Assembly: GCF_006345805.1 (NCBI RefSeq)
Contig: NC_043021.1
Location: forward strand, 1,736,001 to 1,800,000
From: Octopus sinensis
Lineage: Eukaryota
Reading direction: 5' to 3'
Length of the DNA: 64,000 nucleotides
Shown: positions 28,870-38,640 of the stretch, in pieces
How positions within the stretch are numbered: position 1 is the first letter of the stretch
Layout: each line of letters starts with the position of its first letter
Notes under the pieces: model-generated
Told to the model about the DNA's origin: nothing
Database searches by the model: none
The model's input: the letters and a program-made list of their open reading frames with translations, nothing else
Position numbers and translations under genes: made by a program

Positions 28870-31800
28870 ATGTATCATATTTATATATATGTATCATTTA
28901 TTATATGTGTTTAGTTTACCACCTGACTGGCCCTCGTGCTGGTGGCATGTAAAAGCACCGACTACTTGTGAGTGGATTTGGTAGATGGAAACTGAAAGAA
29001 GCCTGTCATATACATATGTGTATGTGTCTGTGTTTGTCCCCCCAACATCGCTTGACAACTGATGCTGGTGTGTTTACATCCCTGTAACTTAGCAGTTCGG
29101 CAAAAGAGACCTATAAAATAAGTACTAGGCTTATAAAGAATAAGTCCTGGGGTCGATTTGCTCGACTAAAGGTGGTGCTCCAGCATGGCCACAGTCAAAT
29201 GACTGAAACAAGTAAAAGAAATTAACATCTGGTTTTCCATGCCGGCATGGGTTGGATGATTTAACAGGAGGTGGCAAGCCAGAAGACTGCACTGATCTCC
29301 ACTGTCTGTTTTGGCATGATTTCTATGGTTGGGTACTGTTCTTCATGCCTACCACTTTACAAGAGTGCACCAGGTGCATTTTAGCAGGACTCCTGTAAGG
29401 TCACCAAGTAACTTGCAACACAAGACCCCATCATCACCACCACCTTAACTGAGCGAGTGGGGAATAGTATTGAGGAGAGTGGCTTTGTGCAGGTGATCAG
29501 GATTTGAACGCAGAATGTAGACCCAGAAGGATTGTCACTAAGCATTTTGGCTGAAGTACAGACAAATCTGCCAGTTCGCTGCCTTTCATAATAATAATCT
29601 ATTAGGCGTAGGAGTGGCTGTGTGGTAAGTAGCTTGCTTACAAACCACATGGTTCCAAGTTCAGTCCCACTGCGTGGCACCTTGGGCAAGTGTCTTCTAC
29701 TATAGCCTCGGGCCGACCAAAGCCTTGTTAGTGGATTTGGTAGGATAGCAGGGACAAGAAACAGGTGTATTACAGTAAGGGAGATACATGGCTACCCTAC
29801 TTGGAAAAAAGAGAGAGGAAATGAGAAAGAAAACAGCAAAGATGTGTCAGGGTGCATTTGCAAGTTACAAGGAGGTGAATGGAAGTGGAACAGGGGACTG
29901 GATAGGGTGAGTAAATTTGCAAGAGCATGAAAGGAGGACGGGAGACAGAGGAAGAAGAATTTAGTGAGTGGTGAGGTGCAAAATTGGCTTCCTACAGTTT
30001 CTGTCTATGAAACTCACTAACAAGAAATTGGTCAGCCTGCAGCTGTAGTTGTAGTTGGTACCATTACAATTGCACATACTGTAAAATGACATACACAAAC
30101 AGGTAAACTGACACCCGAGTGTACGAAGAGCACTTCAAATGTAATTAGTAGTGACTCTCTTGAAAAATCAAGAGAATTTGGCATTGGGCTGTTATCGAGT
30201 ACCTGCAGAAAAGGGGATTAACCTCCAAGGACATGGTTGCTACATTAAGAGATGGATGAAACTCCAACTTTATCAACAGAGCAAAAGGGGACAGATAAAT
30301 TTAGGAAGGGAAGGGAGAGTTTTGAAGATGACTCAAGGTCTGAATGTTTTGCAACTGCCACCTGTGAGGAAAACATTGATTGTGTTCACCACCTGCTGAT
30401 GGACGACAGGTAATTAACTATAAATCAAACAGCCATTGCTATTAGCATATCCCATGTGAGAGTTGAAAATGTTCTGCACAGGGAACTTGACATGATGAAG
30501 GTTTCTGCTTGGTGGGCACCACATCCTCTGACAACTGATCAAAAGCGCACCAGGCTGGTCACATCACAAGAAAATTTAACGTTGTTTGAAGCAAATCCAG
30601 CTGGTTTCCTTGAATGTTTCCTAATCCCAGGGTACGAGTTGGCTTCATCATTTTGAACCAGAAACAAAGAGACAATCCATGCGGGGAGAAAAAAACAAAA
30701 CCACTCCTCATCTGCTCCTAACAAGGTAAAGGTCATTTCGTCTACAGTAATCCCTCACCTATCAAGGATGTCACATTCCAAAACCCCATCAATAGACAGA
30801 AACGTTAGCACGCTGGGCGAAATGCTTAGCAGTATTTCCTCTGCCGTTATGTTCCAAGTTCAAATTCAGCCGAGGATGACTTTGCCTTTCATCCTTTCGG
30901 GGTCGATAAATTAAGTACCAGTTACGCACTGGGGTCGATGTAATCGACTTAATCCGTTTGTCTGTCCTTGTTTGTCCCCTCTGTGTTTAGCCCCTTGTGG
31001 GTAGTAAAGAAATAGGTATTTCCTCTGCCGTTACGTTCTGAGTTCAAATTCCGCCGAGGTCGACTTTGCCGTTCATCATTTCGGGGTTAATAAATAAAGT
31101 ACCAGTTACGCACTGGGTCAATGTAATCGACTTAATCCCTTTGTCTGTCCTTGTTTGTCCCCTTGTGGGCAATAAAGAAATAAGAAACAGCTCTGTACTG
31201 TATATTTTTTTTATTATTTTCGTAATTTATATGTCTTATTTTCATGTATTTGAGCTTTTATAAACTCTCTCTACACTCTTAGGAGTATCCGTGTCGCCTC
31301 TGTTTTTGCCTCTCAAATTTCATTTTCCATACAGTAAGTACAGTTCTTTGTTTACTCATCTACGGTACACTAACATATTTTCTTTCAATATATTTCAATC
31401 AATGTGTTATACAGTGCAGTATTGTATTTCAATTTATAAATTTATTAATTTTTAGGCATGAAAATGCTTATTTTACCACAGAAATAATTAGAATCTAAAA
31501 AAATATAAATACCTATTGACCGCAGAAACCCGCGAAATACTGTGGAGTGCACAATATAAATTTACATATATTAGCCAGAAAAATCCGTGATGTACTGAGG
31601 GTGTGATAGGTGAACCGCGAAATGGCAAGTGATTACTGTATAGGGAAGGTGATGACCTCAGCCTTTTTGGGATGCAAAAGGTAGTGTTTATTGACTATAT
31701 TCAAAAGGACCGTACCATCAATGATGGTATGGTTATGCCAGCTTACTGAGGCAGTTATGAAAGTCTATCAAGATCAAATGCCTGGGAGAACTGATGAAAG

Positions 31801-32235
31801 GGGTCTTGTTTCATCAATACAATGCTCCTGCAACACAAGTCCTTGCTTTCAATGGTTGCTGTGTGTGATGACAGCTTTGAACTGGTTGATAACCATCACT
31901 ACCCTCCTGGTTTGGCCCCCACCCACCCATCTGACTATCATCTGTTCCCCAACATGAAAGAAACACTTAGATGGGACCCAGTATCACAGTGATGATGACA
32001 TCATATCTGCTGTTGATGACTTTTTTTGACCAACAGGATGAAAGCTACTTCACCAATGGGATCCGAGCACTGCAACACCGATGGAAGAAGTGTGTGGACC
32101 ACAAGGGGGACTATGTTGAAAAATAAATCTCATTCGGTCACATTCCATGAGGGAATAATGGTCAGCTTCTAAGTTTTTCAGTCGACAAGGGTAAGAATCC
32201 CCTTCGGTCATGAATGACCATGGGATTGCACCAGA

Positions 32236-32308
<73 letters not shown>

Positions 32309-33207
32309 ATGTGAAGGTGCATTGCTCACAATCATGAGGTAGTGAGTTCGATTCCTGGACTGGGCTGTGTTCTTGAGCAAAACACTTTATTTCACATTGC
32401 ACCAGTTCACTCATCACTGGTGCCAAGCTATATTGGGCTTTGCCTCTCCCTTGGATAACATCAGTGGCATGGAGAAGAGGGGCTGGTATGCATGGGCGAC
32501 TGCTGGTCTTCCACAAACAACCTTGCCTGGACTTATGCCTCAGAGGGTAACTTTGTAGGTGCAAACGATGATGATGATGTATATATATAAATACACATAT
32601 CATATATTACATACTATACAGCATAATATATCGTAGAGTGGTTGGTGCTAGGAAGGGCATCCAGCTGTGAAAACCCTGCCAAACCAAAGTAGCATAGGGT
32701 AGTTTTTCTACATCTCCAGCTCCTGTGAACCATCCTACCCATGCATTCATGGACGATGGGTGTTAAACAGTGATGATGATGATATGTGTGTGTGTGATAT
32801 ATCATGAATATATTATATATACACATACAAGCATATTAATGTTCCACCAAGGTTTGCCCACGATGACAAAAACAAATTATGTTAACCATTTGTGTACGGT
32901 GAAAGAGAATTCAAGATCTCCAATACACACTAATGTCGAACAAAAGAGCCTTCATGTAATCATTCTACATGCTAGAAATAACAGCCAAGTCTCCTGCAAA
33001 ACACACCTTGCCTTATTAAAGGAAGGATACTGGATAAGTGTAGTCTTTGAAACACTGTGTCTGAAATAGAATAAAAGGCTGGACTGAAATGGTCACGGCT
33101 GGGTAGCTTTCGATAAACGGTTTCATGGATCAGTAGATATGTAAGTATATTGAACATATACACACATATAAAGTATAGATTATATACACAAACATATATG
33201 GATATAA

Positions 33208-33238
<31 letters not shown>

Positions 33239-33312
33239 CATACATAAACTTAAGTATGCATGTAAAAAAACATGAATACAAAAATATATACGCATATAAA
33301 CACACAAGTATC

Positions 33313-33343
<31 letters not shown>

Positions 33344-34260
33344 AGCATAAGTATACAAACATAAATACAGAAATATACACGTCTATAAATACACATACAA
33401 GTATACATGTATATAAACATCAATACACAAACACACACACACACATATATATATATATTATATATATATATATATATACACACACACCCCGCATCTTTTA
33501 AGTATTAACATTAAGATGATGAGCAAGCGAGCCTCCCATGCGATTTAAAAGGCTGAGGGGTGGCGGTGCACAGAAAGGAAATCAATCAACGTGCAATACC
33601 GATTCTAAATATAGACCGAAATTATATCAGAATTAAAGGGAAGGGCTCTGAGCAAACTGGGGAACTGTGCCACGGTGCTTGTTGTGTAGGGCATCAAATA
33701 ACTTTTACCCTAAATAGGCGATAAGGGTTTAGCTTAGGAATCAGAGGTAAAAAAAAAAAGGGAGAGTGGGAAGAGAAGGGGTAAGAGGGATGTGACTGAT
33801 TTGGGGACCCAGGTTCGAAGAAGGACACTTGGGATTTCATGATTTCACAGCCCCAGAGGAGAGAATGACGCTTCAGAGGTAGTGATGCCTTTCTCAGATC
33901 GATCAGAAAATTTATGTGGAATGATGTAAACACAGCCATGATAAAGGGTGTATAGGGAAGGCTTTGGACTTGAGTCTGGGTCCAAAGTGTATACATACAT
34001 ATACGCGTGTGTGTGTGTATATATATATATATAATTATATATACTCACACACATAGATGTGGTGGGAGGGGCGATACTTGGAGGGGTTAGTAAGATTAAC
34101 ATTAGGCAAGAGTTATATATATATAAACAATAATTAATTAAACAAAATTGATTACACAGCTGACGAAAAGGCATTACGGGAATGAATTTACTAATTAATG
34201 CGAGATTAGGAAGGCAAGCCACATCGGTGAACCCTGTAAAGCCGTGACGATACTGACGTG

Positions 34261-34301
<41 letters not shown>

Positions 34302-34587
34302 ATGCATGTATGTATATTCACATACACACACACAAACGTATATGATGAAATGTTAGATACAAAATACAAACATTCTCTCTCTGGGAGGAGATTGTAATTT
34401 CAGAAAATGGAAAAATAAATATGTAGTGAAGTCTGACACAGTACAACAAATATAATCTATAAATAAATAAAAAGCACTTCTGTAAGGTGTGGAGGTCTAT
34501 ATAATTGCGTGCGTATCTGTGTGTATGATTGATAGCTTTGCATGTATGTATATAAATACGTAGATATGTAGGTAGATAATTGCATGC

Positions 34588-34634
<47 letters not shown>

Positions 34635-35876
34635 ACAGGCCAGAAAAAAAGAGGCAATTACGGAATGGTATCATGAGAAATGTGTAAGCAGTCGGAAAGT
34701 AACAAGGAAGACGAAGATATTTTGATAATTAAAGATATTATGCACCACCCCAAAAGGTATCGAGAAGTCTGTAAAGCAGTCACGAATTATACACACACTA
34801 TATATATGTATATATATATTTATAATATATATATATATACTCACACTTTTGTGTGTGGTTATATATCGAATTAAGCAAGTGGGGAGGGGGTTAGACACAA
34901 TTAAGTGTGTGATATATACGTGTCTGTGTGTGGTTAGATACAGAATTTAAGTGTTATAGGAGTGTGTATATGTGCATACATATGTGTACACATATATATA
35001 TGTATATATATAGAAGTAGCTATAAAATATGTATAGTATTACACATGTATATATGTGTATACATTTATATATACATACATTGTGTAATATATGTGTAATC
35101 TATGTGGGTGAGTATTAGCTAAAGAATGTGTGTGTGGTGTTTGTGTATGTATATGTATATAATTAGTGTGTGTGTGTGTATATATATATTTGTGCCCGTA
35201 TTAGAATGTATGTATAATGAATATACATACATTCTAATATATTAGCACATACTTTGCATAGATATATATAGATAGATAGATATATATAAATATATATATG
35301 TATGTATGTTTATATAATAGATAGATAGATAGATAGACAGGCAGGTAGAGAAAGAGCAAGACGGGTGGGTAATTAAAAGGCGGCTAATTGGAAAGGAAAG
35401 GAGATTTAAAGGAGAAAGACAATAAACAAGTGGAAGAGACGACATCGAATGAAGGTAAATGTCTGCCCCACACGACAACACTGCATCGATATATATGGAG
35501 AGATGTCTAAAGATGAGGGCTTTGTTGGGGAGCCATGGAGGGTCTTGAGGACGGGGTAAGGCCAGGAGAGGAGTTTGGGGCCATCGGGTGGACGGGACGG
35601 GGTCGGATTCGACGTGTAATTATTTATAACAACAGAAAAGTGGTGTCTCCTTCATGAGTGGCAAAACAGGGGTGGATATTAGCGGATGTGTGTGGCTTTA
35701 GGAGCGTGTAGCGGGGCCGTGGGGCGTGTGGTGTCGATTGCGAGTGGTCGTCGGTGTCGGGTGGACGTACGGCGTGGTGACGAACGACGGTTGAGGGGAC
35801 GAAAGGCGAAGGAAAAGGGCGAAACGGCCGAGCGAAACAAACAAACAAACTCACTTTCCAATGACTCTTCCGCCAT
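2991..35876 (-). CDS. LIN9: LIN9 (lin-9 DREAM/MuvB core component; Mip130 homolog), complete 16-exon CDS, 536 aa: join(35855-35876,27147-27182,25067-25104,22621-22737,16317-16447,14806-14931,13297-13454,12529-12662,11230-11349,10864-10965,10355-10435,8461-8586,6476-6574,5967-6053,4649-4743,2991-3129)
   Basis: Manual splicing: all introns are GT-AG, phases join and the total is 1611 nt. I recognise LIN9 motifs: SSAKALVSLKEG; LRNLLKLPKAHRWVCYEWFYSNLD; DIRP region RVEWCKIRRLMGKPRRCSAAFFKEER; Tudor-like IGTKVTARFRKVQDGLFTG; coiled coil EFQRKYAGVVLELE; C-terminal FQNNVEIHINHIQSGLSQMGNLHAF. Confidence 0.96.
3146..3312. repeat. (AAT)n with periodic GAT, abutting the acceptor of the last LIN9 exon
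   Basis: Direct reading. Confidence 0.95.
4649..4743 (-). CDS. LIN9: LIN9 exon 15 (TFAENDFNSFEFCSLQDSLDDIKK...)
   Basis: tttgcag| ... |gtaggt, 95 nt; NSFEF motif. Confidence 0.95.
5967..6053 (-). CDS. LIN9: LIN9 exon 14 (TSFINAKTAKNEQ...LMLQVK)
   Basis: ccccag| ... |gtcagt, 87 nt; similar to NENLTDLISRLTAILLQIK. Confidence 0.9.
6476..6574 (-). CDS. LIN9: LIN9 exon 13 (IVPEQGLPAIDQP...KVRL)
   Basis: ttccag| ... |gtaagt, 99 nt. Confidence 0.93.
6767..6985. mobile_element. piggyBac-like MITE (TTAA TSD)
   Basis: TTAA|CCCTTTTGTTACC ... GGTAACAAAAGGG|TTAA. Confidence 0.9.
7010..7231. mobile_element. piggyBac-like MITE, second copy of the same family
   Basis: TTAA|ACCTTTCGTTACC ... GGTATCGAAAGGG|TTGA; co-linear with 6767-6985. 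Confidence 0.8.
7762..7912 (+). mobile_element. Retroposon family C with (GAT)n tail (other copies ~1-312(+), 5543-5800(-), 13075-13205(+), 21050-21382(+))
   Basis: TTGGCGTTAGGAAGGGCATCCAGC...CCAACCCATGCTAGCATGGAAAACGGACG..GATGATG. Confidence 0.85.
7974..8380 (+). mobile_element. tRNA-headed SINE family A (central microsatellite, GAGTAAAA tail); other copies ~4255-4592(-), 18075-18478(+), 24410-24780(-), 28373-28755(-), 28965-29218(+), 37355-37731(+), 39250-39628(-), 48319-48735(-), 57205-57577(+)
   Basis: Recurrent GGAGTGGCTGTGTGGTAAG...GGTTCAGTCCC head and GGCGGTGCTCCAGCATGGCCGCAGTCAAATGACTGAAAC tail. Confidence 0.9.
8461..8586 (-). CDS. LIN9: LIN9 exon 12 (ESLQKPITYEFQRKY...HFCQE)
   Basis: ggctag| ... 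|gtatgt, 126 nt; coiled coil. Not in the ORF track. Confidence 0.95.
10355..10435 (-). CDS. LIN9: LIN9 exon 11 (IKLSKILLMKKDWIKKLKEMNCHAEKF)
   Basis: ttttcag| ... |gtaagt, 81 nt. Confidence 0.95.
10864..10965 (-). CDS. LIN9: LIN9 exon 10 (ENDPLLSSSP...GGFPVKFLLHV)
   Basis: tttttag| ... |gtaagt, 102 nt; NDPLL and GGFPV motifs. Confidence 0.95.
11230..11349 (-). CDS. LIN9: LIN9 exon 9 (STSPQETTPLSAFQQR...HQL)
   Basis: atttcaag| ... |gtaagc, 120 nt; similar to SNEPHETMPIAAFGQK. Confidence 0.9.
12529..12662 (-). CDS. LIN9: LIN9 exon 8 (ARFRKVQDGLFTG...DYEVL)
   Basis: tctttcag| ... |gtaagt; Tudor-like region. Confidence 0.96.
13297..13454 (-). CDS. LIN9: LIN9 exon 7 (CSAAFFKEER...IGTKVT)
   Basis: tctcag| ... 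|gtaggt; conserved peptide. Confidence 0.96.
14806..14931 (-). CDS. LIN9: LIN9 exon 6 (PLFQGENEF...MGKPRR)
   Basis: tttttcag| ... |gtgagt; start of the DIRP region. Confidence 0.96.
15628..16025 (-). mobile_element. RTE-clade LINE 3' fragment with (GAAT)n tail
   Basis: ETWTLSKKLERRLDGTYTRLLMRAQNLSWK...RRVQFAGHC...REVWRSMV; (ATTC)n on the + strand at ~15630. Confidence 0.88.
16317..16447 (-). CDS. LIN9: LIN9 exon 5 (YNRLSSSPDKK...WFYSNLD)
   Basis: cacag| ... |gtaagt; conserved LRNLLKLPKAH motif. Confidence 0.95.
17599..18516. mobile_element. piggyBac-like non-autonomous element with a nested SINE
   Basis: TTAA|CCCCTTGA ... TCAAGAGG|TTAA; SINE family A at ~18075-18478. Confidence 0.7.
18635..18861. 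mobile_element. TTAA-flanked MITE family (related copies ~9546-9770, 11460-11680, 11770-11950, 24055-24280)
   Basis: TTAACCCTTT(A/G)GCATT ... AATGC(T/C)AAAGGGTTAA termini with shared internal sequence. Confidence 0.75.
22621..22737 (-). CDS. LIN9: LIN9 exon 4 (PQRIRKKNSRFYNEEEE...STS)
   Basis: tttgtag| ... |gtaaat, 117 nt open; resembles PFRNSKRSRLFSDEDD of vertebrate LIN9. Confidence 0.88.
25067..25104 (-). CDS. LIN9: LIN9 exon 3 (38 nt, GKGCYRTPPRRGN)
   Basis: Long pyrimidine tract + ccag| ... |gtgagt; bridges phase 1 to phase 0. Supported by splice signals and phase, not by homology. Confidence 0.75.
25225..25865 (-). mobile_element. Tandem dimer of (AAT)n-tailed retroposon family D (single copy at ~19165-19495)
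   Basis: Direct repeat with a 318-bp period (GAGTGAGAGAGCAG at 25247 and 25565). Confidence 0.85.
25878..26300 (-). mobile_element. Mariner transposase 3' fragment with terminus
   Basis: PILLHDNAKPHVARMTLQKLTDLGYETLPHPPCSPDLSANDYHFF (HDNA and YSPDL-like motifs); end ...CAACCTAA-TA. Confidence 0.9.
27147..27182 (-). CDS. LIN9: LIN9 exon 2 (36 nt, SSAKALVSLKE)
   Basis: ttttcccag|GT...G|gtaaat; peptide matches the vertebrate LIN9 N-terminal motif as I recall it. Confidence 0.93.
30122..32190 (+). mobile_element. Decayed mariner transposon, split by a nested insertion at 30745-31638
   Basis: Degenerate transposase read across stops and frameshifts: WAVIEYLQKRGL, MKVSAWWAPHPLT (WVPxxL motif), KVISS|IGKVM, SDYHLFPNM, RWKKCVDHKGDYVEK*. 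Confidence 0.9.
30745..31638. mobile_element. pogo/Tigger-like MITE (TA TSD), itself carrying a repeat-family-B insertion
   Basis: TA|CAGTAATCCCTC ... GATTACTG|TA; homologous to 47801-48223. Confidence 0.85.
35855..35876 (-). CDS. LIN9: LIN9 coding exon 1 (MAEESLE+1 nt)
   Basis: caagATGGCG start context in a GC-rich region; donor A|GTGAGT; phase 1 joins exon 2 (A+GT=Ser). Confidence 0.85.
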
Positions 35877-35945
35877 CTTGATCGCGCCTCTTTTTAAAAA
35901 CTTTCACTACGTTACTTCTGTAGGCTGATCGCTGATTGGTCGGAT
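35866..35945 (-). promoter_or_regulatory. LIN9 proximal promoter/5'UTR motifs: YY1-like CCGCCATCTT over the ATG, CGCGCC-N4-TTTAAA (CDE/CHR-like, 35883-35898), CCAAT box (ATTGG 35935-35939)
   Basis: Motifs read directly; they lie in a CpG-rich island (~35480-36520) within an AT-rich window. Function is inferred. Confidence 0.55.
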
Positions 35946-35974
35946 CTGAGGGACGAGGAGTGGGAAGCGGAGGA

Positions 35975-36293
35975 GAGAGAAAGAGAAAGAGACGAAGGAA
36001 AGCGAGGGGGGAAAACGAAATAACAGAGAAGAAGAAGAACAAGGGACGGAGGAGGAGGAGAAAGAGAAAGAGACGAAGGAAAGCGAGGGGGGAAAACGAA
36101 ATAACAGAGAAGAAGAACAAGGGACGGAGGAGGAGAGAGAAAGAGAAAGAGAGGAAGGAAAGCGAGGGGGGAAAAACGAAAACAGAGAAGAAGAACAAGG
36201 GACGACGGAGGAGGAGAAAGAGAAGGAGAGGAAGGAAAGCGAGGGGGGAAAGCAAAAAACAGAGAAGAAGAACAAGGGACGGCGGAGGAGGAG
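35975..36293 (+). repeat. Purine-rich minisatellite, 4 units of ~77-81 bp
   Basis: AGCGAGGGGGG anchors at 36001, 36082, 36161, 36238. Confidence 0.9.
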
Positions 36294-36663
36294 GTTTAGA
36301 ATTTTTTCTTGTCGTCACCTTCGTCTCCACCACCACCAGCAAGACAACTTAAGTAGCAGCAGCAGCAGCACCACTGCTGCTGCTGCTGCATCAGTTACTG
36401 TAAGGGCGGGGAAGGCGACGGTAGCGACGAAGTGACGGCGTAAGTTTTTTTTTTTTAGCCACGATGTTGACAGCGGTGTCGATGGGGGGGGGGCAGGAAT
36501 GAGGTGATGATGATGATGATGACGATGCTCCTGATGGCTATGATGATTAATCAAAATTTTTCCTCATGATCAATGATGATGACGACAGCTAAGGGGGTGG
36601 GTACATGTCACTGGTGGTGGTGGCGGTGGGGACGGCGAGTTTGATTTTGCTGTTAAGCAACAC

Positions 36664-36725
<62 letters not shown>

Positions 36726-36879
36726 CGTCCCCGGATGAAATACAGATATTATGAATGAACTCACCGCGATTCGAACTCGCATCGAATTATTTACATCTTC
36801 ACTGTAGCTTTCTCTTTGTTGATGTTGTTGTTGTTGCTACATATCAACCTTGACAACTGTCGTCCGTTTTAAGACGATG

Positions 36880-37240
36880 AGCCGACGGAAGAGATGGACG
36901 TGTCAGTCTCTCTGGATTTGTGGATCCCTAATTCTCCGCATTACGAGGTCACAACTTCCTCACCCCTTCGTACTATGGACATGAGATTAGAATTTTGCTG
37001 GAAAGAATCGAAAGACGAATTCTTCAAGCCGAGCCAAACCAGCGAGAGACCCTGGGGCAGAACCAAGGACGAGATGCTTGGATAACGTCCATAATTTCAG
37101 CTGGTCACTCTTGGGAACCCAGCTGAAAAGTCTGACAGTTGCTTCTGTTAGGACCCTATGGAGGAGGCGCCCGAGGACACTCCTCCCATGACCCTCCCAA
37201 GAATAGTGGGCGGAGAAAATGGCTGGTTGGCTAGACTAGG
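36880..37240 (+). mobile_element. RTE-clade LINE 3' remnant
   Basis: Frameshifted RITRSQL..YYGHEIRILLERIERRILQAEP..RPWGRT; homologous to the reverse complement of 45400-45720. Confidence 0.7.
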
Positions 37241-38179
37241 GCGTGGTTTGAGGGACATCTGCCTGCTATTTCTCCCTCATTAGCGCTGTAACTTGACGTT
37301 TATTGTTGTTTACTACTGTGGTTATGTTTCTCTTTATTTTTGTTTTTATCGTTGGCCGTGTGGTAAGTAGCTTGCTTACCAACCACATGGTTCCGGGTTC
37401 AGTCCCACTGCCTGGCACTTTGGGCAAGTGTCTTCTACTATAGATAGCCCCGGGCCGACCAAAGTCTTGTGAGTGGATTTGGTAGACGGAAACTGAAAGA
37501 AGCCTGTCATATATATATGTGTGTATGTGTTTGTGTGTCTGTATTTGTCCCCCCAACATCGCTTGACAACCGATGCAGGTGTGTTTACGTCCTCGTAACT
37601 TAGCGGTTCGGCAAAAGGACCCGATAGAATAAATACTAGGCTTACAAACAATAAGTCCCGGGGTCGATTTGCTCGACTAAAGGTGGTGCTCCAGCATGGC
37701 CGCAGTCAAATGACTGAAACAAGTAAAAGAGTTGTTAAACCCCTGTTCAACCCCGATCGAGCTGACCTCTGGTCAAAAGCATTCCAACCGTGACTATCGA
37801 TTCTTTATCCTATGCACGCTCAGTATATTCGATTCTACATTAATCTAAACTGTCCTTCTTTTCTCTACGGCTTGCTGTGTTCTGAAGACGGTGTGGTTGT
37901 TATTTCTAACAACTTAGAAGTTCCTTCTTTCACTCGATTCTCTTGTTGTTCTTGTTGTTGCTGTTTAACCTTGGGTCAGTCTTTGACTGAGCAGCTCAGT
38001 CAGAGCATTCTGCTCGTAAATGTCCCATCATTTAGGAGAGTGTGTCTCATATTTAGTGGTTAAGGGGTGAAGAAAATTTGGCTGCTATTTCTAGTAGATT
38101 GATGGACCAAGTAAAGTTTTACTGCTGTTGTTTAGCCCCCAGGTAGGGGAGGGAAGAAGAAGAAGAAGAAGAAGAAGAA

Positions 38180-38640
38180 GACATACATACATACATTCAT
38201 ATATACATAATATATACGTTCGTACGTACATACATACATGTATGCATGCATGCATGCATACATACATACATACATACATGTATACATACATATATATACA
38301 CATGCACACACACACACACACATACATACATACATACACACATACATACATACATTCATACATACAAACATACATACATACATACATACATACACACATA
38401 CATACATACATACATACATACATACATACATACATACATGCACGCATACATACATACATGCATGCATACATACATACATACATACATACATACTTACATA
38501 CATACATGCACGCATACATACATGCATGCATACATACATACATACATACATACATACCACATACATACATACATACATACATATATGCATACATACATAC
38601 ATACATAAATTACATACATGCATGCATACTACATTACATT
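38180..38640. repeat. (ATAC)n microsatellite (similar tracts at ~42505-42690 and 44340-44680)
   Basis: Direct reading. Confidence 0.95.

Noticed and set aside
30130-30213. Candidate LIN9 exon (ttttctgcag|GTACTCGATAAC...)
   Set aside because: It is the antisense strand of the mariner transposase; the gene model closes without it.
35936-36352. 138-aa Arg/Lys-rich protamine-like ORF
   Set aside because: Non-ATG start; entirely explained by the purine-rich tandem repeat.
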